The translations under genes were made by a program, and so were the position numbers. This document shows positions 27,145 through 36,838 of a stretch of DNA of 64,000 nt, piece by piece. The notes under the pieces were generated by a model that searched no databases, was not told the origin of the DNA, and was given only the letters and a program-made list of their open reading frames with translations. Origin of the DNA: a bacterium (GTDB lineage: Bacteria > Zixibacteria > MSB-5A5 > GN15 > FEB-12); the NCBI GenBank assembly GCA_030605565.1, contig JAUWIB010000105.1, forward strand, positions 10,650 to 74,649. The letters are read 5' to 3'. Position 1 is the stretch's first letter, and every line of letters starts with the position of its first letter.

Positions 27145-28365
27145 CTATTTGAAATTGAGCAGATGTCCTAATTTATCTCGTTTTGTTTCCAGATATGCCT
27201 GGTTGTATCTTGACGGCGACGCTTCCAACGGTACCCGCTCGGTTAACTCAAGACCATAACCCTTCAATCCAACCACCTTGCGCGGGTTGTTGGTCAGGAT
27301 GCGAATCGAGGTCAGTCCGAGATCGACCAGTATCTGAGCGCCGATACCATAATCCCGCAGGTCGGCTTCGAATCCCAACTCCTCATTCGCCTCCACCGTA
27401 TCGCGTCCCGCTTCCTGTAGTTTGTAGGCAAGAATCTTGTTCACCAGGCCGATTCCGCGACCCTCCTGCCTCATGTAGAGAATGACGCCACACCCTTCAT
27501 CATCGACAGCCCGCATGGCAGCATGTAACTGAGTGCCGCAATCACAGCGTCGACTACCGAAAACGTCGCCGGTCAGACAACTTGAGTGCACCCGGACAAG
27601 AACGTTCTTCTGTCCGGCCACATCACCTTTGGTCAACGCCAGGTGATGGTGGTCATCGGTTTCCGATCTATACAAATGCAGTTTGAAATGACCGTAATCA
27701 GTCGGCAGGTCCACGGTTTCCACTTTCTCCACCAGCTTTTCGGTGTGCCGACGGTATGCAATCAGATCGTGGATCGAGATTAGTTTCATATCGTATTTGA
27801 GGCACAGTTTGCGGAGTCGGGGGACTCGCGCCATACTGCCGTCATCGTCCATGATCTCACAGAGCACGGCGACCGGACTGAACCCGGCCAGACGCGCCAG
27901 ATCGGTAGACGCTTCGGTGTGCCCGGCGCGGGTCAACACACCGCCCTTGAGAGCCCGGATGGGAAAGACATGACCGGGTCGCGCCAAATCATTCGGGCGG
28001 GTATTTTCGTCAGCCAGCACCTTGATGGTGTGCGACCGGTCATGCGCGGAGATGCCGGTTGTCGTTCCTTTTACGGCATCGACCGAGACGGTGAACCGGG
28101 TACCCAGGAGGGCGGTATTCTGCTCTACCATCTGATGCAGACTGAGTTGCTCAATCCGCTCCGTGGTCATGCAGGCACAGATAAGCCCACGTCCATACTT
28201 GGCCATGAAATTCACATGCTCCGGCGTAATTTTGTCGGCCACCATGATGAGATCACCTTCGTTTTCGCGGTCCTCATCATCGACTACCACGACAAACTTA
28301 CCGGCTCGGATATCTTCTATTGCTTCCGGGATCGTATTGAATTCTATCGATTCATTGTTACTCAT
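27145..28365 (-). CDS. ribBA: Bifunctional 3,4-dihydroxy-2-butanone-4-phosphate synthase / GTP cyclohydrolase II
   Basis: DDEDRENEGDLI...GHTEAS (DHBP synthase) followed by VRVHSSCLTGDVFGSRRCDCG...ILYMRQEGRGIGL (GCH II zinc site). Confidence 0.95.
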   Translation of the reverse strand: MSNNESIEFNTIPEAIEDIRAGKFVVVVDDEDRENEGDLIMVADKITPEHVNFMAKYGRGLICACMTTERIEQLSLHQMVEQNTALLGTRFTVSVDAVKGTTTGISAHDRSHTIKVLADENTRPNDLARPGHVFPIRALKGGVLTRAGHTEASTDLARLAGFSPVAVLCEIMDDDGSMARVPRLRKLCLKYDMKLISIHDLIAYRRHTEKLVEKVETVDLPTDYGHFKLHLYRSETDDHHHLALTKGDVAGQKNVLVRVHSSCLTGDVFGSRRCDCGTQLHAAMRAVDDEGCGVILYMRQEGRGIGLVNKILAYKLQEAGRDTVEANEELGFEADLRDYGIGAQILVDLGLTSIRILTNNPRKVVGLKGYGLELTERVPLEASPSRYNQAYLETKRDKLGHLLNFK

Positions 28366-28366
28366 G

Positions 28367-29002
28367 TCACCATCCGCTTTCTATCAACTTGTCCTTGGTA
28401 AGGCCTGACGATAGATTCGCCCGACCGGATTTCAAAATGTATTTGCCAATCATATCAAACTCGAGATTTACCTTGTTTCCGGGACGCAGGCGGTCGACGG
28501 TGGTCGCACCTACGGTGTGTGGAATCAGATTGACACACAGCCGGCCGTCGCCGACGGCATTGACAGTGAGCGAGACACCGTTGATGGCTATCGACCCTTT
28601 TTCAATTACCAAACTGTCATAGCGACGATCAAATGTCACCGCCAGTTCAATCGACTCCCCCACGCGACGGGCGTAATCAACTGTTCCAATGTCATCCACA
28701 TGACCGCTGACCAGATGCCCGCCCAGACGGTCCCCCATCTGCAAAGCGCGTTCGAGATTCACCAGCGTGCCTCGCTTGTACTCGCCGAGGATAGTGCGCG
28801 TGACCGTCTCCGGCGAAGCTTCTACCACAAAGAGATCACCGGTCACTTTTGTAACCGTGAGGCAGGCGCCGTCGCAGGCAATCGACTCGCCCAGACTTAT
28901 TGAGGCCGCGTCGATACTCGAGGCTATCGCCAGCACGCGGTAGTCGTAGCGTCGCGAGATGTTCCGAATCTCTCCGGTTGCTTCAATCAAACCTGTAAAC
29001 AT
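28367..29002 (-). CDS. ribE: Riboflavin synthase (alpha chain)
   Basis: MFTGLIEATGEI...GESIACDGACLTV...GGHLVSGHVD...GSIAINGVSLTV shows the duplicated lumazine-binding repeats. Confidence 0.95.
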   Translation of the reverse strand: MFTGLIEATGEIRNISRRYDYRVLAIASSIDAASISLGESIACDGACLTVTKVTGDLFVVEASPETVTRTILGEYKRGTLVNLERALQMGDRLGGHLVSGHVDDIGTVDYARRVGESIELAVTFDRRYDSLVIEKGSIAINGVSLTVNAVGDGRLCVNLIPHTVGATTVDRLRPGNKVNLEFDMIGKYILKSGRANLSSGLTKDKLIESGW

Positions 29003-29004
29003 GC

Positions 29005-30105
29005 TTAGCCTCTCCCCTTCGGATATCCGATGAAGACGCAGTCGTGATCGGAACCGTCGAAAGAGTGCCGTTCAAATTGTACGGCATCGGCCAGACGTTT
29101 GGTGGCAAGATCACCTATGGCACTCACGCCCTTGCCGATGATAATCGGCGCCGTGATTATGACGAATTTGTCCACGAGTCCGGCTTCAACGAATGATGTC
29201 GCTAACTTCGCCCCCCCCTCCACCAACATCGAACGCAGTCCGAAATTATCGGCCTGATGTACCAGGTCAGCGACATCGACCAAACCGTTCTTAGTCCGTC
29301 GCAGTCGCCAGAAAATGATCGGAGTCTCGCGCTTGCTGAGGGGTTGTCTATTGGCATCGCAGGCGGCGGCAACGACGGTGCGACCGTCCTCGTTGTTCCG
29401 CAGGAGTTGACACTTGCGCGGCAGTTTCATGTCCGAACTCACAATGATTCGGTACGGATTGCGTCCTTTGACCAGCCTGACCGTCAGGGCGGGGTCATCG
29501 TGGCGAACGGTGCCGCTGCCGACCACTACCGCATCGACCTCGCTACGCAGCCGGTGCGTCAGTCGGCGTGACTTCGTTGACGTGATCCATTTGGAATCGC
29601 CTGAGGCGGTGGCGATGCGACCGTCCAAACTCTGAGCGCATTTGAGGACAATGAAGGGACGACCGTTCTCGTGGTAGCCGAAGAACTGTTCGTTCAAAGC
29701 CCGCGCTTGTTTTCTCAAGACGCCGCCTACGACTTCAATCCCGGACTTCCGCAGGGCGCGGATGCCTTTGCCATGGACGCGCGGGTCAGGATCCTTGACA
29801 GCGCAAACGACTCGCTTGATGCCGGCGGCAGCAATGGCATCGGTACAAGGGCCGGTGCATCCGGTGTGGCAACATGGCTCCAGAGTAACATATAAGGTTG
29901 CACCCCTGCATCCGCCCCTGGCGTTTTTGATGGCGACTACTTCCGCGTGGTCGCGACCTGCGGCATGGTGGTAGCCCTGACCGATGATGCGCCGACCTTT
30001 GACAATCACCGCCCCGACCAGCGGGTTTGGACTGGTACGGCCGCGTCCTTTCACCGCCAGGTTCAGTGCTCGCTCCATGTACGCAACGTCAGTCGCGTCG
30101 GCCAT
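29005..30105 (-). CDS. ribD: Bifunctional diaminohydroxyphosphoribosylaminopyrimidine deaminase / 5-amino-6-(5-phosphoribosylamino)uracil reductase
   Basis: YMERALNLA...PNPLVGAVIV...HAEVVA...TLEPCCHTG (CMP/dCMP deaminase zinc site) plus the C-terminal RibD reductase domain. The start is moved to ATG 30105 (MADATDVAY), immediately after the riboswitch expression platform. Confidence 0.9.
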   Translation of the reverse strand: MADATDVAYMERALNLAVKGRGRTSPNPLVGAVIVKGRRIIGQGYHHAAGRDHAEVVAIKNARGGCRGATLYVTLEPCCHTGCTGPCTDAIAAAGIKRVVCAVKDPDPRVHGKGIRALRKSGIEVVGGVLRKQARALNEQFFGYHENGRPFIVLKCAQSLDGRIATASGDSKWITSTKSRRLTHRLRSEVDAVVVGSGTVRHDDPALTVRLVKGRNPYRIIVSSDMKLPRKCQLLRNNEDGRTVVAAACDANRQPLSKRETPIIFWRLRRTKNGLVDVADLVHQADNFGLRSMLVEGGAKLATSFVEAGLVDKFVIITAPIIIGKGVSAIGDLATKRLADAVQFERHSFDGSDHDCVFIGYPKGRG

Positions 30106-30131
30106 AAAAAATCCCCAAAGTGAATTCGGGG
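30106..30131 (-). terminator. Riboswitch expression-platform hairpin (intrinsic terminator / SD sequestor)
   Basis: Minus strand: CCCCGAA-ttcac-TTTGGGG followed by ATTTTTT and then the ribD ATG. The GGGGA that would serve as the SD lies in the 3' arm of the stem. Confidence 0.6.
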
Positions 30132-30178
30132 TATAGATAAGCACAAACCATCCAGTTTCGTCTGGACAGCATAAAGCC

Positions 30179-30300
30179 AATCTTCTCTCATCCGGACTAT
30201 CACCGTCGGCGCCTGAATTTCACAGGCTCTGCCGGAGTTGTTGCCTCCAGCTCGCGGGCTTTAACCGCCGGTCGAGGGTTTTCACCTCACCCCGAAGATT
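30179..30300 (-). promoter_or_regulatory. FMN riboswitch (RFN element)
   Basis: Minus strand: AATCTTCGGGGTGAGGTGAAAACCCTCGACCGGCGGTTAAAGCCCGCGAGC...GGCGCCGACGGTGATAGTCCGGATGAGAGAAGATT. It contains the conserved RFN blocks (GGGG.AGG.GAAA..CC..ACCGGCGGT.AAGCCCGCGAGC and GACGGT.A.AGTCCGGATG..AGAAGA) and a 7-bp P1 helix, upstream of ribD. Confidence 0.9.
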
Positions 30301-30311
30301 TCTCAAGGGCC

Positions 30312-30339
30312 AATATAGTGGGCTTCGTGGAAATGGCAA
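30312..30339 (-). promoter_or_regulatory. Candidate sigma-70 promoter for the rib operon (TTGCCA-N16-TATATT)
   Basis: Read on the minus strand, about 10 nt upstream of riboswitch P1. Confidence 0.45.
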
Positions 30340-30466
30340 GAGATTTCGGTAGCCAACAGACGGGGCGCCGATTTGTTGAAACCTAAGGGGTTTCGACAAT
30401 ACTGCCGACAGTGGCGGGTTCGAAGACGGACCCGCCCTACCCAGCTTCTTCAACAACCGGCCGGAC

Positions 30467-32605
30467 TTAGGGGGCGGTCAGCTCTCTGACCAGGGCTTTG
30501 ACGTCTTTCAGGTGGAATGGTTTGGGCAGGACGGTCTTGATCCCCTTCAACGACACGTCCTCTTCATCGAGTTGGGTGCCCCAGCCGGTGATCATGGCTA
30601 TAGGAAGCTCCGGGAACTTTTCGTGAACAACTGCGGCCAGGTCCAGTCCGGACATGCCGGGCATCCCGAGATCGGTGATAATGAGATCGAACGATTGTTC
30701 GTCAACAGCCTCCAGAGCCTGATAGCCATCGGCACAGGCGGTAGCACTGTGACCGTCAATCGTCAGCATGTCGCTCAGCACCTCGCGGATCTGTTCATCG
30801 TCATCAACCACCAGGATGCGCAACCGATCCGATTGGCCTATGCGGCTGCTGACGTCGGATTCTTCATCAGCCCGGTCTACGGCCATGAACGACACTTTGA
30901 AGATGGCGCCACCCTCGGCGCCGTTATCAACCTCAATCTTGCCGCCGTGGCTTATCACCACGCCATGGGCGATGGCCAGACCAAGTCCGGCGCCGCGTTT
31001 AGCCTTGGTGGTGAAAAACGGATAAAAGACTTTCTTCCTGATATCGTCCGGAATGCCGTCTCCCCGGTCGGCGACCGTGAGCACCACTCGTTGACCATCG
31101 CTTTCGAGGTTTATCGCAACGCAGGAACCCTCGGGGGAATGTTCGACCGCATTCTCGATCAGTTTGTTCAGAAGGGTCAAAAGATCGTCGGCATTTCCTT
31201 CGACATAGGCCTCGTCGAGAGCGTGGCTATACGTGATTGTGACCTTCGCTGCCTCGGCGATCTTCTTCCAGGAAGAAGGTCTACTGTCAACGCAGTTACG
31301 CACGATATCGACCAAATTGACGGGATCGAGTTTCTTGTTTCGAGTGCGTCGGGTGAACTCCTGGATGCGGCGCACTGTCTCGGCGCCCTCCATCGCCAGG
31401 GACTCAACAGTGTTCAATCCCGAGAGGATCGGGCCTTCTTCCAGCTTCAGCTTCATCAACTGTACCCGGCCAACAATTCCACCCATGATATTGTTGAAGT
31501 CATGGGCGATGCCGGTGGTCATATCGGTAAGGGCAGCCAGGGCTTCCGTATCGGCCATACGGGCGCTGGATTTTTCAAGGATGCGCTTGGATTTGCGCAG
31601 GTGTCTCAGTTGTAGCGCATACTGCAGTACGGATCGTGTCGCCAGAGCAAGTACCGACAGGAGTTCAAGATCATTGGGTGTAAAGCCGGTGGGGCGGTGC
31701 GTCCACACAACCAGCAGGCACCGATGGTCTTCGTCCGGCGTTATGTCAACACTAACCGAGGCAGTACCCAGACCGGGCAATAAGTCCGAAATATCCGCAA
31801 CCTCTGCCTCGGCGTCAAGCCGTCCTTCGTCCGGCAAGGAATGGTCAAGTGCCTGTACGGCTTTACCGATTCGTTCCGCGAGATCCGGGGTTGGCGCGCT
31901 GGGGTCCGCTGATTCGACTATGCTGAATCGTTCATCCCCGATACTTTTCGAGAGGAAGCAGACGCCGCACCTGGGTATCAGAGTTTGCATCAGGTGTACT
32001 ATATTCGAGGCTATCTTGCCGATCGATAGTTCGTTGATGTCCATTTCGCGCACTGAAAGAACCTGAACCATACGAACGGAGAAGTCATTTACAACGTGAA
32101 GCCGGTCTGCCATGGACATAGCGCTGCTCACCAACTCCAACAGCAGCTTAAGGTGATCCGTGGTCTCCGGAGAAATCTCGGTTGGTTTGCTACACCAATA
32201 GGCAGCAACCAAAACTGTTGATTGCCCACCATCATTCAGCACTATTACCTGGCGATGGGTCAGGTTATTGGTTGCAGCAAAAGGGTCGTAGAGCGCTGGA
32301 TCACCCTGGGGATCATCAGTTAGCCTTATGACCTTTGATGCACCTGAGTTGTTATCCCGGACGAACCGACCCCATTGATTATCCAGAAGGTTGAGAGAGG
32401 TAATGTTCACATTGTGGCGGTGGTTGCAGGCTACGGGGATGAGCACATCATCACCGTGGCGTCGATAGAACAGCACCGTGAAGTCAGCGGTTAGTTGTTC
32501 TGAAGCCAGGTGAGCAGCCTTATCCAACTGACCGATGATCCCACCCAATTGGTGACTGCGTTCAATGTGATAGTACTTTGAGATTAGAGCGGACAACCCC
32601 GTCAT
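30467..32605 (-). CDS. Hybrid sensor histidine kinase / response regulator with an N-terminal GAF-like sensory region
   Basis: H-box GIAHDFNNIMGGIVGRVQLM, N-box LNKLIENAVEHS, G1 DRGDGIPDD, G2 GAGLGLAIAHGVV. The receiver domain follows: RILVVDDDEQIREVL...DLIITDLGMPGMSGLDL...KPF. Start at ATG 32605 (MTGLSALISKYY), in an ATGA overlap with the upstream stop. Confidence 0.9.
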   Translation of the reverse strand: MTGLSALISKYYHIERSHQLGGIIGQLDKAAHLASEQLTADFTVLFYRRHGDDVLIPVACNHRHNVNITSLNLLDNQWGRFVRDNNSGASKVIRLTDDPQGDPALYDPFAATNNLTHRQVIVLNDGGQSTVLVAAYWCSKPTEISPETTDHLKLLLELVSSAMSMADRLHVVNDFSVRMVQVLSVREMDINELSIGKIASNIVHLMQTLIPRCGVCFLSKSIGDERFSIVESADPSAPTPDLAERIGKAVQALDHSLPDEGRLDAEAEVADISDLLPGLGTASVSVDITPDEDHRCLLVVWTHRPTGFTPNDLELLSVLALATRSVLQYALQLRHLRKSKRILEKSSARMADTEALAALTDMTTGIAHDFNNIMGGIVGRVQLMKLKLEEGPILSGLNTVESLAMEGAETVRRIQEFTRRTRNKKLDPVNLVDIVRNCVDSRPSSWKKIAEAAKVTITYSHALDEAYVEGNADDLLTLLNKLIENAVEHSPEGSCVAINLESDGQRVVLTVADRGDGIPDDIRKKVFYPFFTTKAKRGAGLGLAIAHGVVISHGGKIEVDNGAEGGAIFKVSFMAVDRADEESDVSSRIGQSDRLRILVVDDDEQIREVLSDMLTIDGHSATACADGYQALEAVDEQSFDLIITDLGMPGMSGLDLAAVVHEKFPELPIAMITGWGTQLDEEDVSLKGIKTVLPKPFHLKDVKALVRELTAP

Positions 32606-34764
32606 GTTTCTAACCCTTCCCCGTTCGGTGATAGACGATTGATTGTGGATTGTTCGATGTCGCGTCCGCTGGTATGAACAAACCGAATCACCGCATGGCA
32701 AGTGCGGCTGGACGTCATGCCGAAGCTGAGCGTGACATCCTCGAAGTGTACTATGCCCTCGTCGTCATTGCGACGCTCCAGCCGTTGGTGACTGTAGATT
32801 CGACCGATCATTTCTCCTAACCCCGAATGACCGATAATGTCGGCTGCGAACTCAAACACCAACTCCGCTCGGCCCGGCCCACCATCGGCTGAGATTACTA
32901 AGTGGCCGGAACAGATGGCCTCGTCCATCAGCCCCAGTACGAGCGGAAGGACATAGTCGTAAACTTCGCGGTAGGTGAGTTCAAAGTCGTTGTCCTTCGA
33001 TCTACATGCTTCAATCGTGAGAGTCACATTCTTGCTGTCCTTCACCTGCGTCGCGTGTCCGCGAACGATGGTCGGTAGATCCTCGAGCAACTGACGGCTC
33101 GACAATTGTCGTGCCATTTGATCGGTGGTAAGCAGACAGAGATCGCGGAGGTTACCCAGATAGGCTGCCAGTTGATCGGCTGCCTTGCGTACCTTGGCGG
33201 ACCCGTTTGAAATAGTATTCGAGGAAAGGGCATGATCCTCGTCCTTGATAGCACTTTCAATAATCTCGTTCTGGCCCACGACTACCGACAAATGCTCCAT
33301 CAGGTCGTGGAAGTACCCCTCGGCCAGTTTGGCGACAGTATTCAGTCGGTCATTGGCCAGGTCAACCGAAGCGCCAGATGAGGATCCTACTACCATCGCC
33401 TCAAGATGCGCTTGCTGGGTCTTCAGGTACTGGTATAATCCAAGGAATGTCGCAACAGCCTCAAGGACCGTTCGGTGTGAGTCCAGGCACCGACCGGCAT
33501 GAGGGCACCCAAAGGCAACGTACCCGGACGCATCACCTGGGTGACCGACAGGAAGCAATATCTCGGACGCTACATTATCCCGCAAGTATGACTCCTGTTC
33601 TTCAGCGCGACATGGAGACTTACGAACGTCGGGAACCATCACCGGGTTATCCGCGTCCAGTCTGGTCAGTTGCGGGGAAGGGATCGGCGCCTGTTGTTCT
33701 GTGCGAACAGTCGGTTCCCCATCGCTACCGGCGACAACTATCTCGGCTGGGGAACCATCCCCTGCCAGAACCATACGCGACAGAGGCACTTGATGATTTA
33801 CAACGCGAAAGGCTTCAAGGAGTGCTTTTTTGAATTCACCGCCGGTTGTTCCGTACTCAGCGAGGCGAGCGTACAACGACGACACCTCCGCTACCGTGCT
33901 GAATTGCGACTCGTGCAGATGACCGACTATTCGCGCGATCTGTTGCAGCGCGGTTATCTCAACCCGCCCGATATTGCCGGGGATCAAGACCACGATCATG
34001 TACTCTGTTCGGTCGGAAATGATACCGGGATGGAGGAACATGTAATTGGGTGGGTGGTCAATGGCCACCGGGTAGTCCGGCATCATGTCGGCCGGCAGGA
34101 AGAACTGTTCACGGCGTATGGCATCGGTCCAGTCTCGTGCGGTCACGCTCTTCAAAGTTCCTTCCAATCGATCCGACAGATGGATATCGCCGACCGCCAG
34201 GCGTAGCTTATGGATACCTTCGGACTGGTGATAGATCGTCCCAAGAGAGCCCGGCCACTGTTCCGTCATGAGTTCGAGCACAGCCTTTTGGAATTCATCG
34301 TAACTGTGATCGCGAACAAAGAGTCGGTCAAGGAAGTCTCCCAGTAAACCGTAGTGGTCATGTTGTTCCGTGTCGGCGTAACGTGTGGATAAGATATCCA
34401 GTATCGCATCAATCGTCGGCGGATCAGGTTCAAAGGAGGTCGCAGTACCGACCGTGATCACAGCTTCCACTTTCCCTGCTACCAGTACGGGATGGAGTTT
34501 CAAATCGTCGGTCTCGATGCCGGTTCGAGCGATATGATTAAGCTGCACCTCACTTCCCTGCACTGTCAGGCTCTGTTTCATGGATGCCAACCAAGTGCCG
34601 GGAATGTGGAGCCATGCTCCGACGGCATGATCGGACTCGGCGTTCGCCAGCCTAAACACTGTCGGTAAACCGTGGGCCAGGTATACGCGCGCATCTGAGG
34701 GCAGGTTCAGTCCGGTCGCGTGTCCCTGGAGAAGGCTCTTTTGTGACTCAGTGAGCAGTTTCAT
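32602..34764 (-). CDS. Cytoplasmic GAF-like multidomain protein with an H-box and a degenerate HATPase domain (pseudo-kinase-like)
   Basis: An H-box-like LAEGYFHDLMEHLSVVVGQNEII is retained. The region aligned to the N-box reads VLPLVLGLMDEAI, with both Asn replaced. G1/G2 survive only as ADGGPG and HSGLGEM. No TM segments. Confidence 0.7.
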   Translation of the reverse strand: MKLLTESQKSLLQGHATGLNLPSDARVYLAHGLPTVFRLANAESDHAVGAWLHIPGTWLASMKQSLTVQGSEVQLNHIARTGIETDDLKLHPVLVAGKVEAVITVGTATSFEPDPPTIDAILDILSTRYADTEQHDHYGLLGDFLDRLFVRDHSYDEFQKAVLELMTEQWPGSLGTIYHQSEGIHKLRLAVGDIHLSDRLEGTLKSVTARDWTDAIRREQFFLPADMMPDYPVAIDHPPNYMFLHPGIISDRTEYMIVVLIPGNIGRVEITALQQIARIVGHLHESQFSTVAEVSSLYARLAEYGTTGGEFKKALLEAFRVVNHQVPLSRMVLAGDGSPAEIVVAGSDGEPTVRTEQQAPIPSPQLTRLDADNPVMVPDVRKSPCRAEEQESYLRDNVASEILLPVGHPGDASGYVAFGCPHAGRCLDSHRTVLEAVATFLGLYQYLKTQQAHLEAMVVGSSSGASVDLANDRLNTVAKLAEGYFHDLMEHLSVVVGQNEIIESAIKDEDHALSSNTISNGSAKVRKAADQLAAYLGNLRDLCLLTTDQMARQLSSRQLLEDLPTIVRGHATQVKDSKNVTLTIEACRSKDNDFELTYREVYDYVLPLVLGLMDEAICSGHLVISADGGPGRAELVFEFAADIIGHSGLGEMIGRIYSHQRLERRNDDEGIVHFEDVTLSFGMTSSRTCHAVIRFVHTSGRDIEQSTINRLSPNGEGLET

Positions 34765-34786
34765 AGTGGTGAGCGGGTCAGACGAA

Positions 34787-36838
34787 TTATGAGGTCTGCT
34801 CGGTGAAACAATCGTTGATACGTTGCGCCGATTTATCGATGATCGACAAGTATTTCTCCAACGCGGGATCGGACGACTTGTGCTTCGACTTGATCATCTC
34901 CACCGAACCCAGTATTCCGCTCAATGATGATCTGATCTGACCTCGGAGTTGAGATGCTCTCATTGTCGGGGAGGCTAATCCTCTGTTCTCGACTGTTGAA
35001 CCGGTTACCTTGCGTCCCAAACCCGCCTGAATGGCAAGAGCTAGTATCGCCGATATCGATCTGGCCAGAAGGACGTCGAGACGACGATAGCTTCTCCGAT
35101 CTCCAAGGCACGAGTCAGCGATTCCAATCACCGCCAACACCTGCTGCCCCAGCATCACCGGAACGAGCATCGCCGACTGCACCTCGGAAGAGAAGGCCTG
35201 ACCGGCTTCCGCAGGGGTCATCTGGTACTCCGCATCTGATTGATCAACCATCAGGATGCGTCCACTGTCGCGCACCAGTTGATGCAGCGGCATTAATGAC
35301 ATGACCATGTGTCCGTCGCCCGGCGTTGACGGTGCGGTCGATGGATCGTGAGCGATTGCCCGTGAACTCATAAAAGCGTCGTCATGGTCAAAAGTGGCTA
35401 TTCGTACCATGGTACACTGAAGTTCTGTCAGTAGCGTGTCAGCCGCTCTCTGGAATATCACCCGCAAGTCGGACGTCTCCCCCGCTTCGGCCAGGAAGTC
35501 GTTTATCACCGATAGCCTTTGCTCGATTGCGACGGAGGCGCTGCGATGAGTATCATCCAGTACCAAGTCGCGGATTATCGGCACCACCGATTCGAGAAGC
35601 AGTCGATCCCGGCTTTCATAGGCACTATCTTCACGAGAGGCTACTGTAAGCACGGCGCCAGGCCCGCGATGGCATGTAACAGGCAACGCCATGACTGATT
35701 GTATTCCGCCGACCGCCACAAGATCATCAACGGGAAGATCCGTTTCGTCAGCCAAATGGTCCACGAACATCGGTTTGCCGGTTCGCGAAACATGGTCGAC
35801 ATGGCTGTTGCCGGCACTGAGGTCAAGACCTATTTCATCCAACAGAGTCTGGCCGACTCCCACTGTCAAACGCCTTATCGTACCGTCATCCCGGGCAATG
35901 GCCAGAGAGACGAACTCAGACCTCAACTGGTTTCGCATCAACTTAGCCAAACCTGTGAAGTTCTCTCTGAGGTCTTTGGAGTGATCTACGATTTCGGCCA
36001 GTCTGTTTCGCCACAGTTGTCGGTGGCGGTCAAAGGCCGCATCGGTACGCCGCTGATCAAGATCGATTTTGCGCGAGATAATGTCGACAGCAATCTTCAG
36101 GTTGACCCGCACCTCGTCATTATCGGATACACCTCCATCAGTGTTCCACAGCAAGAAGGCGCCGTGGACGTGGTTGTTGACGAGTAGCGGCAGAATCAGG
36201 CTCGGCGCGACCATCGACGGCGGTAATTTCTGCACCACTTTCGTTACACGCGGCATGTTGTTTTCGCCGCTCTCGTGAAAGTCAGATTCACCGAATTCAG
36301 CCTGTTGCAAAACCGCCACAGCCGTGTCGACACCTCCGGAGGTGGTCAATAGCGTAGCGCGCTCCGAACCAGGTGAACAACTGAATACAGCCCCCCAGGC
36401 GAAGTTCGGCAGTTCAACCATGTAGTCAAGGGTGGTACTCATTATCTCTGTCAGTCTGGTTTCAACCATAGCCAACTGTTGCACCCTCTTGATCAATTCC
36501 AACCGCTGTATTCGCTCCTGGCTAAATTGCCGATGACTGCGGGCAAGCGGCAGCCAGGTCGAGACACCACTGACGACGAAAGTTGCGCCGGTGGTGATGC
36601 CGATCCAACTGAGGACCTTGAAAAACAACGGGTCTGACAAGAATGGGACAACGGCAAACAGGCCGACGCCTCCGTAAATCCGCATCAGGGCTACAACCGC
36701 CAGAACCGCCAAGCCACCCGACAGGTAGTTATAACTCTCGCGATCGTGAGCGCGTATTTCATTTCTGAGACGAGCCACCACAACCAGGCTCATCAGAAAA
36801 AACAAGGCTACCATGAAATCAAGCAGCGGTAATCCCAT
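34787..36838 (-). CDS. Membrane sensor with about 5 N-terminal TM helices, GAF-like domains and a His-less DHp-like C-terminus (no ATPase domain)
   Basis: Hydrophobic N-terminus (MGLPLLDFMVALFFLMSLVVV...). The C-terminal LRGQIRSSLSGILGSVEMIKSKHKSSDPALEKYLSIIDKSAQRINDCF aligns to the HisKA pattern SHELRTPLtsILG...yl..I...a.rl with the phospho-His position occupied by Gly. The ORF ends about 45 aa later. Confidence 0.7.
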   Translation of the reverse strand: MGLPLLDFMVALFFLMSLVVVARLRNEIRAHDRESYNYLSGGLAVLAVVALMRIYGGVGLFAVVPFLSDPLFFKVLSWIGITTGATFVVSGVSTWLPLARSHRQFSQERIQRLELIKRVQQLAMVETRLTEIMSTTLDYMVELPNFAWGAVFSCSPGSERATLLTTSGGVDTAVAVLQQAEFGESDFHESGENNMPRVTKVVQKLPPSMVAPSLILPLLVNNHVHGAFLLWNTDGGVSDNDEVRVNLKIAVDIISRKIDLDQRRTDAAFDRHRQLWRNRLAEIVDHSKDLRENFTGLAKLMRNQLRSEFVSLAIARDDGTIRRLTVGVGQTLLDEIGLDLSAGNSHVDHVSRTGKPMFVDHLADETDLPVDDLVAVGGIQSVMALPVTCHRGPGAVLTVASREDSAYESRDRLLLESVVPIIRDLVLDDTHRSASVAIEQRLSVINDFLAEAGETSDLRVIFQRAADTLLTELQCTMVRIATFDHDDAFMSSRAIAHDPSTAPSTPGDGHMVMSLMPLHQLVRDSGRILMVDQSDAEYQMTPAEAGQAFSSEVQSAMLVPVMLGQQVLAVIGIADSCLGDRRSYRRLDVLLARSISAILALAIQAGLGRKVTGSTVENRGLASPTMRASQLRGQIRSSLSGILGSVEMIKSKHKSSDPALEKYLSIIDKSAQRINDCFTEQTS

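Noticed and set aside
30512-31615. 367-aa plus-strand ORF. Shadow ORFs also lie at 31233-32066 and 50060-50890.
   Set aside because: They are antisense to the hybrid histidine kinase and to the DUF4384/PEGA gene. They have no start context or motifs.
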